Origin: Ministeria vibrans ATCC 50519
Taxonomy: Eukaryota; Protista; Filasterea
DNA length: 64,000 bases
Reading direction: 5' to 3'
NCBI GenBank assembly: GCA_943704425.1
Contig: CALSCP010002553.1
Location: 45,243 to 109,242, forward strand
The position numbers were made by a program, and so were the translations under genes. Below, one piece after another: positions 26,503 through 40,761 of this stretch. The notes beneath the pieces were generated by a model. It had not been told where the DNA came from and did no database searches. It saw only the letters and a list, made by a program, of their open reading frames with translations. The first letter of the stretch is position 1, and every line of letters begins with the position of its first letter.

Positions 26503-29148
26503 TTAGTCACCACCGCTAGGAGGGGGGCGTGGGGGCAGAGGGAGGCCACTGATCTGTGCTGGAGGAGCGGACGGTGCAAAGAAGGAGGTGCCGTCGTAGA
26601 AGTCGGGGAGACAGCCCTTGACCCAGTCCGCACGCTAAACAGTCATGGGGGAAGGAGGTTAGAGTAGAGTGAGAAGATTATTTTCGCACCTGGTTCGTGA
26701 GACGACCCGACGCAATGTTGCAGGCAGGAAAAATGGCAGTACCGTTGAAGCAGGTGCCGGGAATGTTGACGTCCGTTTGGATGAGACAGCCTAGAGAGAC
26801 AATGTCAAGCAACCAGGTGAGCCGACTGAAACCCTGAGCGTACTGTTGGTGTACGTACCACAACTGACTTGGCTGAGGGCAGGCGCAATTCTGGGTTGGA
26901 CACAAAGCGCATTTTGAGTGATCATCTGACGCAATGAACCAAAGCAGGAGAGTTAGTAACGTGTCAAGAGATGTACAAAAAAAAGGATCGACTTACGATG
27001 GAACCGGTGGACGAGAGAAGAGGCATTCTACATGAAGAAACGACAAAAAAGGACGGGGGATGAGAAAGAAAAGAAAAAGACGAGAGTCGAAAACAAAAGA
27101 GAGAGACGGGGTTACGTGAGAGTGTGAAGTGCTTTGTTGTCCGTGACGGCCACAATGCCCGTGGAGAGTGCCTATGGTATGTTAAGGTCAGTTGAAATAT
27201 GATGTCAATTGCCACGTACCGTTCCCAGGGCTTCAATATCGTCATCGAACACGGGAAGAAGATCTATCAAATTACCTGCGATTAATTTTGCTTCGTTTTA
27301 ATCGTGCGCTATACCTTCAAAAGATTCGTTGGGTAAAATCCAATAGAGACTCGAAGGACTACACCATACATTGCAACAAAAAAGACAATTGAGAGACGAG
27401 ACAGAATTATATGTGTATTTTTTACCCTGAGCTGGCGACAAAGCCATTGACAGAGGCGCGCGTTAGTTTGGGGGCAAGAATGACTTCGAGTTTGGGATTG
27501 CGGATAAAGATGAGCATGGTTGTTTCCTGTGAGGAGGTAAAACACAATGAGTTGAGTATAATGAGTAATGCCTCTTATCTTGTACGTACTTCAAGATTGG
27601 GAAGAATGATTTCCTCCAGCTAAACCAAGGAGAGTTGTACAGAGTGTGAGTTTGATCAGAACAAAAAGGAGGTGTCGTTTACTTCGCTGTTTGCACTGGA
27701 AAGAAATGAACCTTTGTTGAAACTGGGCAGGTTGAGATATTCCAGTTGCTCGCTCAATGTGATGCTAAAAATAAATAAATAAAATTAGTGAGAGAGAGGG
27801 GAGACGGAACAAAGTGATAGAGACAAAGAGATACAACAAAGTAATATAAACAAAGTGTGAGAGAAACAAAGTAATAGAGAGTGACAGAAACAAAAGGATA
27901 TAAAGAGAGAATATAAAGTGATAGAGTAAGTGAGAGAAAAACAAAGTAATAGAGAGTGACAGAAACAAAAGGATATGAAGAGAGTATATAAAGCGATAGA
28001 GTAAGTGAGAGAGAAACAAAGTAATAGAGAGTGACAGAAACAAAAGGTTATAAGGAGAGTCGAAAGACGATTTGATTTTGGGACCTTATGTCACTCTGGC
28101 GCAAATAAGGCATAGTGATGTTCTCAAGGACTCCGTTGGCAACAATGAGAATCTAATGAAAGTGAATTCTTCAGTCAGACGATGACAAACGCAGCGTTGA
28201 ACGTACGGATTCGCAGGTGACAACGGGCACATAAAAAGTTTCGAGGGACGGGTTAAACTGAAGAAGAATGCCACTGGAAACGGTTGTGAGGGAGTCAAGC
28301 ACAAGCACGTTGAGATGTGTGTTGGACAGCAACTGAACAATGGTTGCGCTGTGCAGCGATGGCGCAATTATGTGCTGGAGAGAGAAGGAGAAAGAGATAT
28401 ACAAAGTGATGGTGTGAGAGAAGTACAGTGATAAGAGATAAAATTTATTGATCTGTTAGAAGTGGAGGGAGAAACAAGAAGTGGAGGAAAGAATAAAGAG
28501 TTGGTGGATTGGTTTGGAAATACCTTTAAAAAGGTGTTTGCGGCAATGACAAAGACTTCGCACTCTTGCAGAGAATGGAAATCAACGGCAGTCTAAAACA
28601 CAATGAAAGACAATTATTTTTTTAAAATCATATAATTATAGCTCCTCCATCACTTTGTTTTTCTCTCTCCGTCTCTCTCTCTTTCTCTATCTCTCTCTGG
28701 TGTGAGCTTTGTGATGTGCTTACGTCAACAATGTTAACAGTGGGACCATAGGGAGCGGGTACGGGTATGAGAGACCAGAGAGTAGAGCGGATCATCAATG
28801 TTCCGATGACAGACCTCAGCGAACGGAAATCGATAAGCTAGGCAAGAAGAAATTGAGAGACGGTAAAGGAAAACATTGTGTTTCTTGGTACCTTTAGGTA
28901 GTTGGAATCGGCGACCGTGAGAGCAACAACGGAAGTCAGAACAGGAAATGAAACGAAGAGAGGCGACGTGGTCGCATTGAGATGGACCAGCTGATGGGGT
29001 ACACGATAAAAACGTGCATTGACAACACAGACAATAATTATTAATGCGAGTGAAGATGCAAAGATATTCGTTTTTGGGCGGAGTTTGTTACCGATGACAA
29101 ATGAATCACATTGGAGCGCACAAGAGACGGGAAATAGATCAAGGACAA
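26503..29148 (-). CDS. Multi-exon beta-solenoid protein (receptor-L-domain/Ecm33-like LxxIxxPxL repeats), 5' end missing
   Basis: About 16 short exons splice in phase: LSLIYFPSLV, FVSFPVLTSV, LIDFRSLRSV, HIIAPSLHSA, LEYLNLPSF, LEEIILPNLE, LEVILAPKLT, then a Cys-containing segment and a Pro-rich end (TAA 26505-26503). Confidence 0.7.
27860..28050. repeat. 75-bp intronic tandem repeat (~2.5 copies) built from the ACAAAGT(G/A)ATAG core
   Basis: gtaatagagagtgacagaaacaaaagg recurs at 27871, 27946 and 28021. Confidence 0.85.
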
Positions 29149-29363
29149 CTAAAAATTAATAATGTTTTTTTCAATAACGGATGATTTCTCTGTCAGTTAC
29201 TCTCAATCAGCCCACTTGCAATCTCTCCACAAACTGGTTCTCTCTCTATCACTTTGTTTCTTTCTCCTTCCTCCTCCTCTCTCTCTCTCTATCACTTTGT
29301 GCCTTTCTCCCGCCTCTCTCTATCACTTTGTTTCTCTCTATCACTTTGTTTTTCTCTCTATCA

Positions 29364-29465
<102 letters not shown>

Positions 29466-29473
29466 TTGTACAG

Positions 29474-30037
29474 TACGATAGCCACTCGATGGCATTCATG
29501 AACTCGCTGTTTTGCATTCCACCTGAGCAAGAAGCCTACCTGGTTGTGACGGGCATGTCACCCACACAGTTGTACGCACTGCTTGCCGACGACTTTACTG
29601 CCAACGGTGGCTCCATCCGTCTCTTTGGACTTCACCTGCACGCCCATTCGTACTCGACGTCGCTACGTCTTGAGCACTGGCGCGACGGCGTCCGTCTAGC
29701 CATCATCGACGAACACCATGTCGGTGGGTATGGGCCCGGTCAGACCTTTGACCTCACCGAATATCCCGAGCCCATCCGCCAAAAGACCGATGCCATTGTA
29801 TTCCGCTGCACCTTCTCCACGATCGGCAAGGCCATTGCCACCGCCTACGGCCTCTCCAACGGCTCCGAAATGTGTGGCCCTTTTCTCCTGTACTACCCGC
29901 ACGTTCGAACCTCGTCCGTCCTTCACGCCACAAACACCAATCCTACACGTTACTACGAAGGCCCCGCACACCTTGAACCTTCAATGCCTTACCCAACCTT
30001 CTCTCCGCCCTCCTCCTCTCACTGCACCTTCCCATAG
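29474..30037 (+). CDS. Copper type II ascorbate-dependent monooxygenase (DBH/MOXD1/PHM-like), terminal exon only
   Basis: CIPP..., HLHAH (HxH Cu ligands), C.FST..., GLSNGSEMC...LLYYP (Met ligand). Preceded by a cag acceptor; no upstream exons in the window. Confidence 0.85.
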   Translation, partial: YDSHSMAFMNSLFCIPPEQEAYLVVTGMSPTQLYALLADDFTANGGSIRLFGLHLHAHSYSTSLRLEHWRDGVRLAIIDEHHVGGYGPGQTFDLTEYPEPIRQKTDAIVFRCTFSTIGKAIATAYGLSNGSEMCGPFLLYYPHVRTSSVLHATNTNPTRYYEGPAHLEPSMPYPTFSPPSSSHCTFP

Positions 30038-30129
30038 AAACTCTTTTTGTAGAATCTGTATAGTGGTTTATGTTATATTTTCATTGTTGTCTCTCTATAT
30101 CTCTCTTTTTTTGAAGAAAAGAAATGATT

Positions 30130-33100
30130 TCAGTATGGTAAAAGGTTGTCAGAGGGGGAATCGGAGGCACTGACGCACTCCGACCAATTGTGGGACCGGT
30201 AGGGTGCATCGTCACCAGCGTACGACGACATGGACGCCGGGTACAGCGGCTGCGTGAGCGCCAATGGGCTCTCATCTCCTTGCTGTGATGCTAGTTGCTG
30301 TTGTAGTTGTTGCTGTTGTAGTTGTTGAGGCTCTTGCTGTTGCTGAGTGGTGAGAAGTTCGGCGAGGGTCGCCTCAAACGTGAGAGTGCCTGGAAAGATG
30401 CTTGAGGCGGCAGTGGCTCGAGCAGTCGTCACACATGCCTGTGGCTTGGATGCGGTCGACGGACCGGTGTACGCCGACGCCAGCACGGTCGTCGAGGACG
30501 GAGCCTTCTCAAGAGCTGCCGGTCGCTTGAGGGCTGCTTCCATTTCGTAGAGAGAGTCCTGCGACAGACTCGGCGTGTTGCTGTGAGTGGGCTCGTCGAG
30601 GTTGAGCAAGGGCAAGTACACCGCGGGAGCCTGACGTGGTGGAGACGAACAGTTGGAAACGGGACTCGCGCCCGAGTCAGTAGCCGACGTGTGCGCCGAC
30701 GACGATGTAGAGCCGCCCGTGTAGGCGGACGCCGCATCTGTCAAGTTGCTATTGAGCGAGCCACTGCGCGGCCGCTCGCCGCTCGTCGACTGTGCGACAA
30801 ACGCTGACACGCCCCCGCCCATGCTGCCATAGTCTGAATGGCGCATGCGTCGAGCAGCGGCAGCCGCCGCCGCCGCCTCGGAACTGTTCCTCTCGCGTGC
30901 CAGACGATGGAGGCTGCGCGGATCAAACGGATTGTACACTTTGCCGGGAAAACGGCTGCCACGCGAGGTGGACAAGGACGACGACGAAGACGAAGGCGAC
31001 AGTGAACTTGGGCCAGTATAATGATCGGATTGTCGCCGCTGATACTGCTGCTGTTGATGATGAGGATGGTGATGAGCGTGGTGGTGCGCATGGTGCGCAT
31101 GAAGCTGTGAGTCGACAAAGACTGGCGAGGCGAGAGTGCGCTCGACTTCATCGTCGAGGTGTTGGTGCGCAGCCTCCGTGGTATCCGGGTCGTCTTGGTC
31201 AACGTCGGGAAACAGCGGTGGAATCGCAAGGGGCATCATAACACTGCTCAAGTCGACGGCATCGGTGGCGTCCGGAAAGAAGATGCGCCCAGGCGACGAC
31301 GAATGTGACACACGACCCTTGGAGTGCGGGGAGTTCATAGACATTTCTTCCAGGTGGCAGGTCATCGAGTCGGTAGACGCAATTGAGAGGCCACGAGAGC
31401 GACGCTGATCGTTGTTGTCGTTGACTTCGTCGTCCAGCAGCAGTGACGCAGATGCGGGCACTGTGGCGGGCGATGACGACAAAGAAGAGTTCGAAGCGGA
31501 GGGGTCGTGATCGGTAGGGAAGAGCGACGACGTGACGCTTGTGTCGAGATGGAAAGACATGGCACGACGTCGTTCAGGCAGCGAGCCCAGGGTGTCTGCA
31601 CCACTGAAACTGCTACTGTTTCGATTGTGTGTATGGTGAGCACGCGACGACGTCATGGAGAGCATAGCATTGGCACCAGAAGCAGCAGGAGCACCAGTGG
31701 AGCGATTCATTCCATAAGCGGCGTGTGGGGAGGGGGCGAGAGGGTTTAATGCATCGTTCCACGACGAGCTTGTTGAAGCTGCGTTGGCCAAGGGTGACGA
31801 AGATGTCGACGAGAAAGTGTGTGAGCGTGATCGATGGCGATCGTGGTACACGTCATCATCATCGTCGTCTTCGACAACGCCGTGTCCATTCTGATGTTGT
31901 TGCTGCTGTGAATTGGTGTCATTGGAGCATGGTGATGAAAGTGTCTCGCGCGCGGCTTCAGCGACAAGATCGGCGAGCGACAGTGTCCCTGGGTCCATAC
32001 GCATGTCCATTTCGTCGATGGTTGATGCCAATGGCTGATGGCGCGGGGGCGAACGTTGCAAGGCAGAAGAGGTGGAGGGGGAAGGAAAGGGAGGAGAGGT
32101 CGTTGAAGAAGAGGGGACGTGGGCCATGTTGGGTCCGCTGTTGGCGAGATCATAGTGGCTCTGAGCGGAGACGTGAGTAGTGCCTTTGCGGTAGGGATGA
32201 ACCGCGTGTGGGGGGTGTGTGTACGTCTGAGCAAGATTTTCGTCTGCAGCGGTTGGGGACATGAACGAGGTGCCGAGATCGGACGACGAGACAACGCGGC
32301 GACGTTTAGGTGTCTGTGATCGTGAGGCGGAAGCGGACGAGGAGAGCGGCGACTGTGACAACGTGAGCGATGTGTCGGCCACAGCCGAAGTAGGGGTGTT
32401 TGGCAATGCTGCAAAGGTACCGTTGGTGGGGTTGACGACCGAGGGCATGGCAGATACGGAGAGGGCCATTGAGAGTGAGTGTTCGTGAGACTGAAACGTG
32501 TGTTGTGGATGCGATTGGTGTTGCTGCTGCTGCTGCTGTTGTTGTTGTTGTTGTTGTTGCTGGTGGTGGTACAACGGATCGTAATTCATCAATCTGTCGT
32601 GGTACTGAGACATGTTGGTGCCACTGGCGGTGGCGGCACGTCGTCGAGGGTGCGACAGACGCACGGCCGACGAGCGTTTCGTTGGCGTCTTTCTTGACGA
32701 CGGTGACGACGGTGTGGCCGACGTGCTCGTGGAGGGTAGTGGTGTAGCAAATGGATTTGGCGGCGAGGTGCCGCTGCTGCTGTACTGCTCCGCGTACGAG
32801 AAGTAAGCACTTGGGGAAGAGGCAGTAAAAGATTGCGAACGTTTCGGGCGCACTTCGGCTGGGTCATCGTCAACCATTGGCGGATGTATCAATTGTCCCA
32901 GATCCCAATTGCTTGGCTCTACGTCAAAGTAGTGCACGCCCGAGCTGCTGCTTGGCTCTGCGTCAAAGTAGCGCACGCCCGAGCCCATCGATCCAGACGA
33001 AGCTGAAGCAGACGTGGACACTGCTGATGCTGATGTTGGTACTGCTGCAGTCGCTGTCGCCGAGTCACGATGGTGAGTGCGTGTGAGTGAAGTAGGCAGG

Positions 33101-34701
33101 GAGCCCCTTCTCTCTTGTGACCCTCCAAAGCTCGAGCGCGATGAACCTCCGCGTTTCCGTGCGCTTCGAGTCAGTGTCTCACGGTATTCTACATAATAAT
33201 TATTAATTTTTTTATCATTGTTTGATAATCATTAGGTAAGGGGGAAAAAGCAATAGAGCGAGAGAGGAGAAAGACACAAAGTGATAGATAGAGAGAGAGA
33301 GTAACAAAGTGATAGAGAAGGGAGAAACAAAGTGATAGAGGAGGGAGAAAGATACAAAGACATAATAATAATACTAATAATAATAATAACAATAATAATT
33401 AAAAGAGAATAAAGAGAGGACTTGCTCGTACCCTCGTTGATGACCCACCAGCATCCTTTGCCCTTGTCGCCAGCGGGACGCGGAACTTTGGTGAAACATT
33501 TTTTCAACGACAAATTGTGTCGAATGGAATTCTATAACAAAAGAGGGTAAGAGTGAGAAGTATCGGATGGGTGAGGGTGGGAGACTCAAACGACTGACAC
33601 ACTCACACACACACACACACACACACACAAAAAATAAAATAAACAATAAACAATAAAGGAAATGCCTGTGTGGCAATAGAAACAAGTCGAGGGAAACAGA
33701 AGGGAGATGTTGCGTGTGTGTTTATGACAACGTAATAGTTCATAAGAAGAATGCCGGTACACAATTTGACAGGCGCTCAAGAGAGCAACGATGCACAGAC
33801 AGGCGATAGGGTCTCCGTTCGCAAGGATGCATATGAAATGGCCGCAGTGCAAGGGGGAGCGAGGAAGGGAGTGAGAGAGAGAGGGAGAGAGGGTGTTCGA
33901 GCCACACGAATGAATTTCGAGGATTCGCTCAAAATATCAATACGCTCCATTTCGACTGAATGCGACTCAGAAGGGGCATGTTGAGGATAATTCGGGAACA
34001 CGTGCAAGTGGGGCAGGCGGCAGGGACACGAGGCAGCCCAAGAGGAGTAGTGCAAAGGGTGAGGATGAGAAGGCTTTTTTTTTTCTTCTTTTTCTTCTTT
34101 TTTTTTCTCTCTCTCTCTTTGGTTCTTTTGCTGCTCGACCGGAAGAAGCAGGGAGTTTGGGTGAGTGATGAAAGACGGCGCGGGGGACAACCGAGAGAGT
34201 ATAGTGGTGCGTGGGACGGGAGTGCGGAGAGGGGAGCGAAGGCCGCTGGGATTTCCAATTTCGACTCGCGTATGGACCAGGAGGGACCTGTCCGTCGCTG
34301 CACGCACGCCCACAGACCCCAATGAGCGTCCACAATGCCGTTCCCGGCAACCCCCCCTCCCAAAAGCAACCGTGTGGTTTCCGCACTGCTCTTTTTCTCT
34401 CTCTCTCTCTCTCCCTCTTTTTTTTTTTTTTTGGGTTCGCCCTTTCGGCATTTTCGAGTGGTCTCAGTGCAATTGGGCACGGGCGGACGCGAACCGGGAG
34501 GGAAGGGGGGGCAGCGGAGGATGGTAATACCTTCCAACACTTGTCGGAGGAGCTGTAGAAGGGAAAGCGCGTCTCGATGAAAGCGTAGATTTCGGAGAGA
34601 GAGAGGCGCCTGGACTCGGACGAATCGATCGCTTGGAGAATCAGCAGCGCATACGACTCCTTGGGCTTCCCCTCTGCGGGCTGTTCAAAGTCGGTGCTCA
34701 T
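30130..34701 (-). CDS. Forkhead-box transcription factor with long disordered C-terminus
   Basis: [34 protein letters not shown]|[28 protein letters not shown]|EYRETL. Exons ~34701-34531, 33532-33433 and 33188-30130, all in phase. Confidence 0.93.
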
Positions 34702-35057
34702 CGAGAGTCCAAAGAAGTGTGTCTAGAGAGTAGAGAGTAGAGTCTAGTCACTTCGTAGGACCTAGTGTGAGATTTTCGTTGGATTAATCTACAACTGAAA
34801 AGGGACTGAAGTTGATGTTTTTAAAAAAAACAACATCTCATTGATTTGTGTGCATTATTCGCTTGCCACTGACAAACTCAATGTGCTTTACTGACTTTCC
34901 CAGAAGGACCTCACGTAATTTGGCCGAAACTCCAAAAATGACGACATTTCCTTCAACTGATAAGGATACGGAAGGGATTGTGCAATCGAAAACTTTTTTA
35001 TTCAACGAATAAAGCGATCAGTTTTTTTCTTTTCTTTCTATTTTTTATTTTTTCAGG

Positions 35058-37620
<2,563 letters not shown>

Positions 37621-37698
37621 TTCTTTTCTTGTTTGTTAATACAGCTGTGTAGTGTTTTAGTCGTAAAATATGCACATTAAAATTTTACTATTGTTATT

Positions 37699-40258
37699 CT
37701 ATTCTGTCTTCTTCTCATGCGTCGACTTTGGCGAAATAACTGAGGAGTCGGGCACGTCAGTGTCGTCGGAGAGAGTTTCACGCTCGGGTAGCGTGTGCGC
37801 TGCCTCTGTCCCTGTCCTCGTCTCTGTCTCTGTCTTTGACTGCGTCGGTGGATCGGCGTTCTGAGATTGAGTGGCTGTGAGGGCAGCGAGGCGTGCACGC
37901 TCCTCTTCCTCCGCTGCGTCGGCTGCGTCGCCTCCTTCAAACTCGTTGCGGCGGTTGGGGTCGACCGGGTACTTCCAGCGCTGGTAGAGGTAAATGAAAA
38001 AGATGATGTCGTCGCGGAAGCACGCCAGACGATGCATGGTCGGCATGCGGATCACAAATGCAAACTACGTAGTAGTAGCATCATCAAGAAAAAGTTGAGT
38101 GATGCGATTGGGTGTGGGTATAGGTTTGCAGAATATATAATGTCGGCGAGCTTACGAGATCATCGACAAAGGTGTTGAGGGCCTTGTAGGTGAGCATGCG
38201 CCAGGGTAGATGGGCCACCGATTTGAGCTTGTAGTTGATGAAGAGTTGGGGCGTCATGAGAATGAAGCCAAAGGTGTAGACACAGCCAACGAGGGTCGAC
38301 AGCACAAAGGAGTACCAGCTCTTGTGAGTGTCGTAGACGAGCGAGTAGATGGCATAGCAGAAGATGAGCGGGTAGAGGGCATACGACAGGTACTGGAAGG
38401 CAAGCGCATCGTATTCCTTAGTCTTGCTCTGGTGGTACGAGTCATGGTCGTCAAAGCGAATGCGCGGGATTCCTATGAGAAAGAGAGAGAGAGAGAGAGA
38501 GGAGCAGGGGGAAAAAGAGAAACAAAGTGATATAGAGAGAGGAGACAGACACAAAGTGATAGAGAAAAAGAAGCAAAGTGATAGGGAGAAAGAAACAAAG
38601 TGATAGAGAGAAAGAACAAAGTGAAAAAGGGTGTTGCATGAGTACACACGTGAGAGAATGCATTTTACGCTCACCGTAGAAAGTGTTGGCGTAGTCAAGG
38701 GATATCTTCATGGCTCGCTTTAGCTTCCACACTTCAATGGCCAGACCCACTGCAGAGCTGACGATAATGATATAGCTCGTCTGTTCACTGTCAATAAGAT
38801 ACAGCAGAATGACCAGTTGGAAGAACACATTGGTGATCACGGAGCGCACCGAGAGACCCTCGACTGTCTTTCGGTTGCGCCAGAACTGAATGTCATTCTA
38901 CAATTAAGAGTTGAGTGAGAACAGTGTGTGAGTATAATAATAATAATAAAAAAAGAAAAACGCACACACGCATAGGCTGCTGTATGACGATACCTTGAAG
39001 GCAAGGAAGTCAAAGACGGAGTGGAGGAGCGATACAGTGAAGGTGAGGGCAAGTAGGTAGATGTTGGTCTCGAAGATGAGACGCTTCATCTCGTCACGCT
39101 CCTTGTCGCCCATGCTACCCCACGACTGATGCATACCAAAGGCCTTGTCCATCTGTTCCATCATGACCCATTTCCACTGTGACAGGTGGTAGAACGAGAA
39201 GGCAACCGTCAGGTTGGCAACCGTCTCGTTGATGGGATTGAGGTGCTCTTGCAACATGAAAAAGTCGTTCATGTACACCACCGGATAGTAGTTGCCCGTC
39301 GCCGCGTCCAGCTTGAGTCCGTGCTCAAGGAGGTGTGTCGGCATTGCCTTGCGATTGTGCACTTCGGTGTCGACCACGAGGTTCACGGTCACGTTGGGAC
39401 ACCAGTAGGAGATGTACTCGACGGGCTTGCCGTCGTTCGAGGCCAAAGCGGAAGCATCACCGTTGATGCTCCCAAGGTCAGTGTCGCCGTCGAAGAACTC
39501 ATCGACACTGAGACTGTCACTCGCCTGGTCGTCCATTGAGGCATCACCATTGGTGACACCGAGAGGAGCAGTGTCGGTTGTCGCGCCACCTTCGCCCGTC
39601 AGGAGGTTTTTCAAGTGACGCTCTGCACGACGTGGCATGTAGCGTGTGAGCAGCTTGTAGCCGTGCGCGACATTTTGCGGTCGGTAGTTGGCCGACTCGG
39701 GATGGTAAGGGGCACCATTTCGCGTGACAAAGACGTGTGCGTGCATGGAGGCGTTGTGCAATCTGACATCGTCCGACGGCACAAACGTGTGCTCCAGACT
39801 AAACTGGTCCATGTCTTCGTCGGTCTCCCACGCGCCATAGAACGTCTTGGTGTTCCACAAGAGTGTCGCATTGCCGCTGTACCGGCCGTCGCCAAGCGAG
39901 CGGGGCGGTGCCGCAGAGTAGCTCAGGAAGAAGTACACGTCGATGGGGTCGCCAACACTAAACAGGTTTCGGCTGACTTCAGCGTCCGGCAACGACCCTG
40001 CAGGCGCCGCACCTGCCAATTCCGTGTGTATGTGTAGGTGTGTGTGTAAGGGAGACGGCGAGCAGTGCAAATGTAACCGTATGTCGTCGTACCGGAGCGA
40101 AAGAAGAAATTGTAGAAGAAGTACATGAGGAGAATACGATTGATCATGGTGAGCCAGGCAGGCGTTTCCGCTTGTGCGCGTGCATTGCCGTTTCCTCCTT
40201 CCCCACCGCCCGGGACTGTCGCCCCGTCAGGAGCGGCATTGGCAACTGTATCCGACAT
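37699..40258 (-). CDS. CLPTM1: CLPTM1-family membrane protein
   Basis: ETNIYLLALTFTVSLLHSVFDFLAFK|NDIQFW, GFILMTPQLFINYKLKSVAHLPWRMLTYKALNTFVDDL|FAFVIRMPTMHRLACFRDD. Confidence 0.95.
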
Positions 40259-40349
40259 TTTGAAAGAAAAAAAAAGAAAGAATGAAACGTCATGATTTCG
40301 ATTCAGACGAATGATCAAAATTCAAAAATTAATATCATTAATTTTCGCC

Positions 40350-40683
40350 ATGACGAGTCCTTCTTCAACACCATCAGCCTCAAAGAAGCCTCGAATCGAG
40401 TGTAAGGGGGGGGTGGGGGTGGGGAGTGAATGGATGAAACAGCAACCAGCGCGGCTGATCCGGGGTGGGGGTGTGTGGTGTGCAGCAGGGTCGAACAAAA
40501 CACTTGCGCGCGAGCTGGCAGATCTCATGAAGCGACCGCAGGAAGGATTCAAGTAAGACCGAGCACGCCGTCTTCATCTCTATCCCTTCAGATGCTTTCC
40601 CTCATTCCTATTTGGTTTGAGTCGAACAGACGAAAAAAGACAAAAAAANNNNNNNNNNGAAGAACAAAGTGATGCGAGAGAGG

Positions 40684-40761
<78 letters not shown>

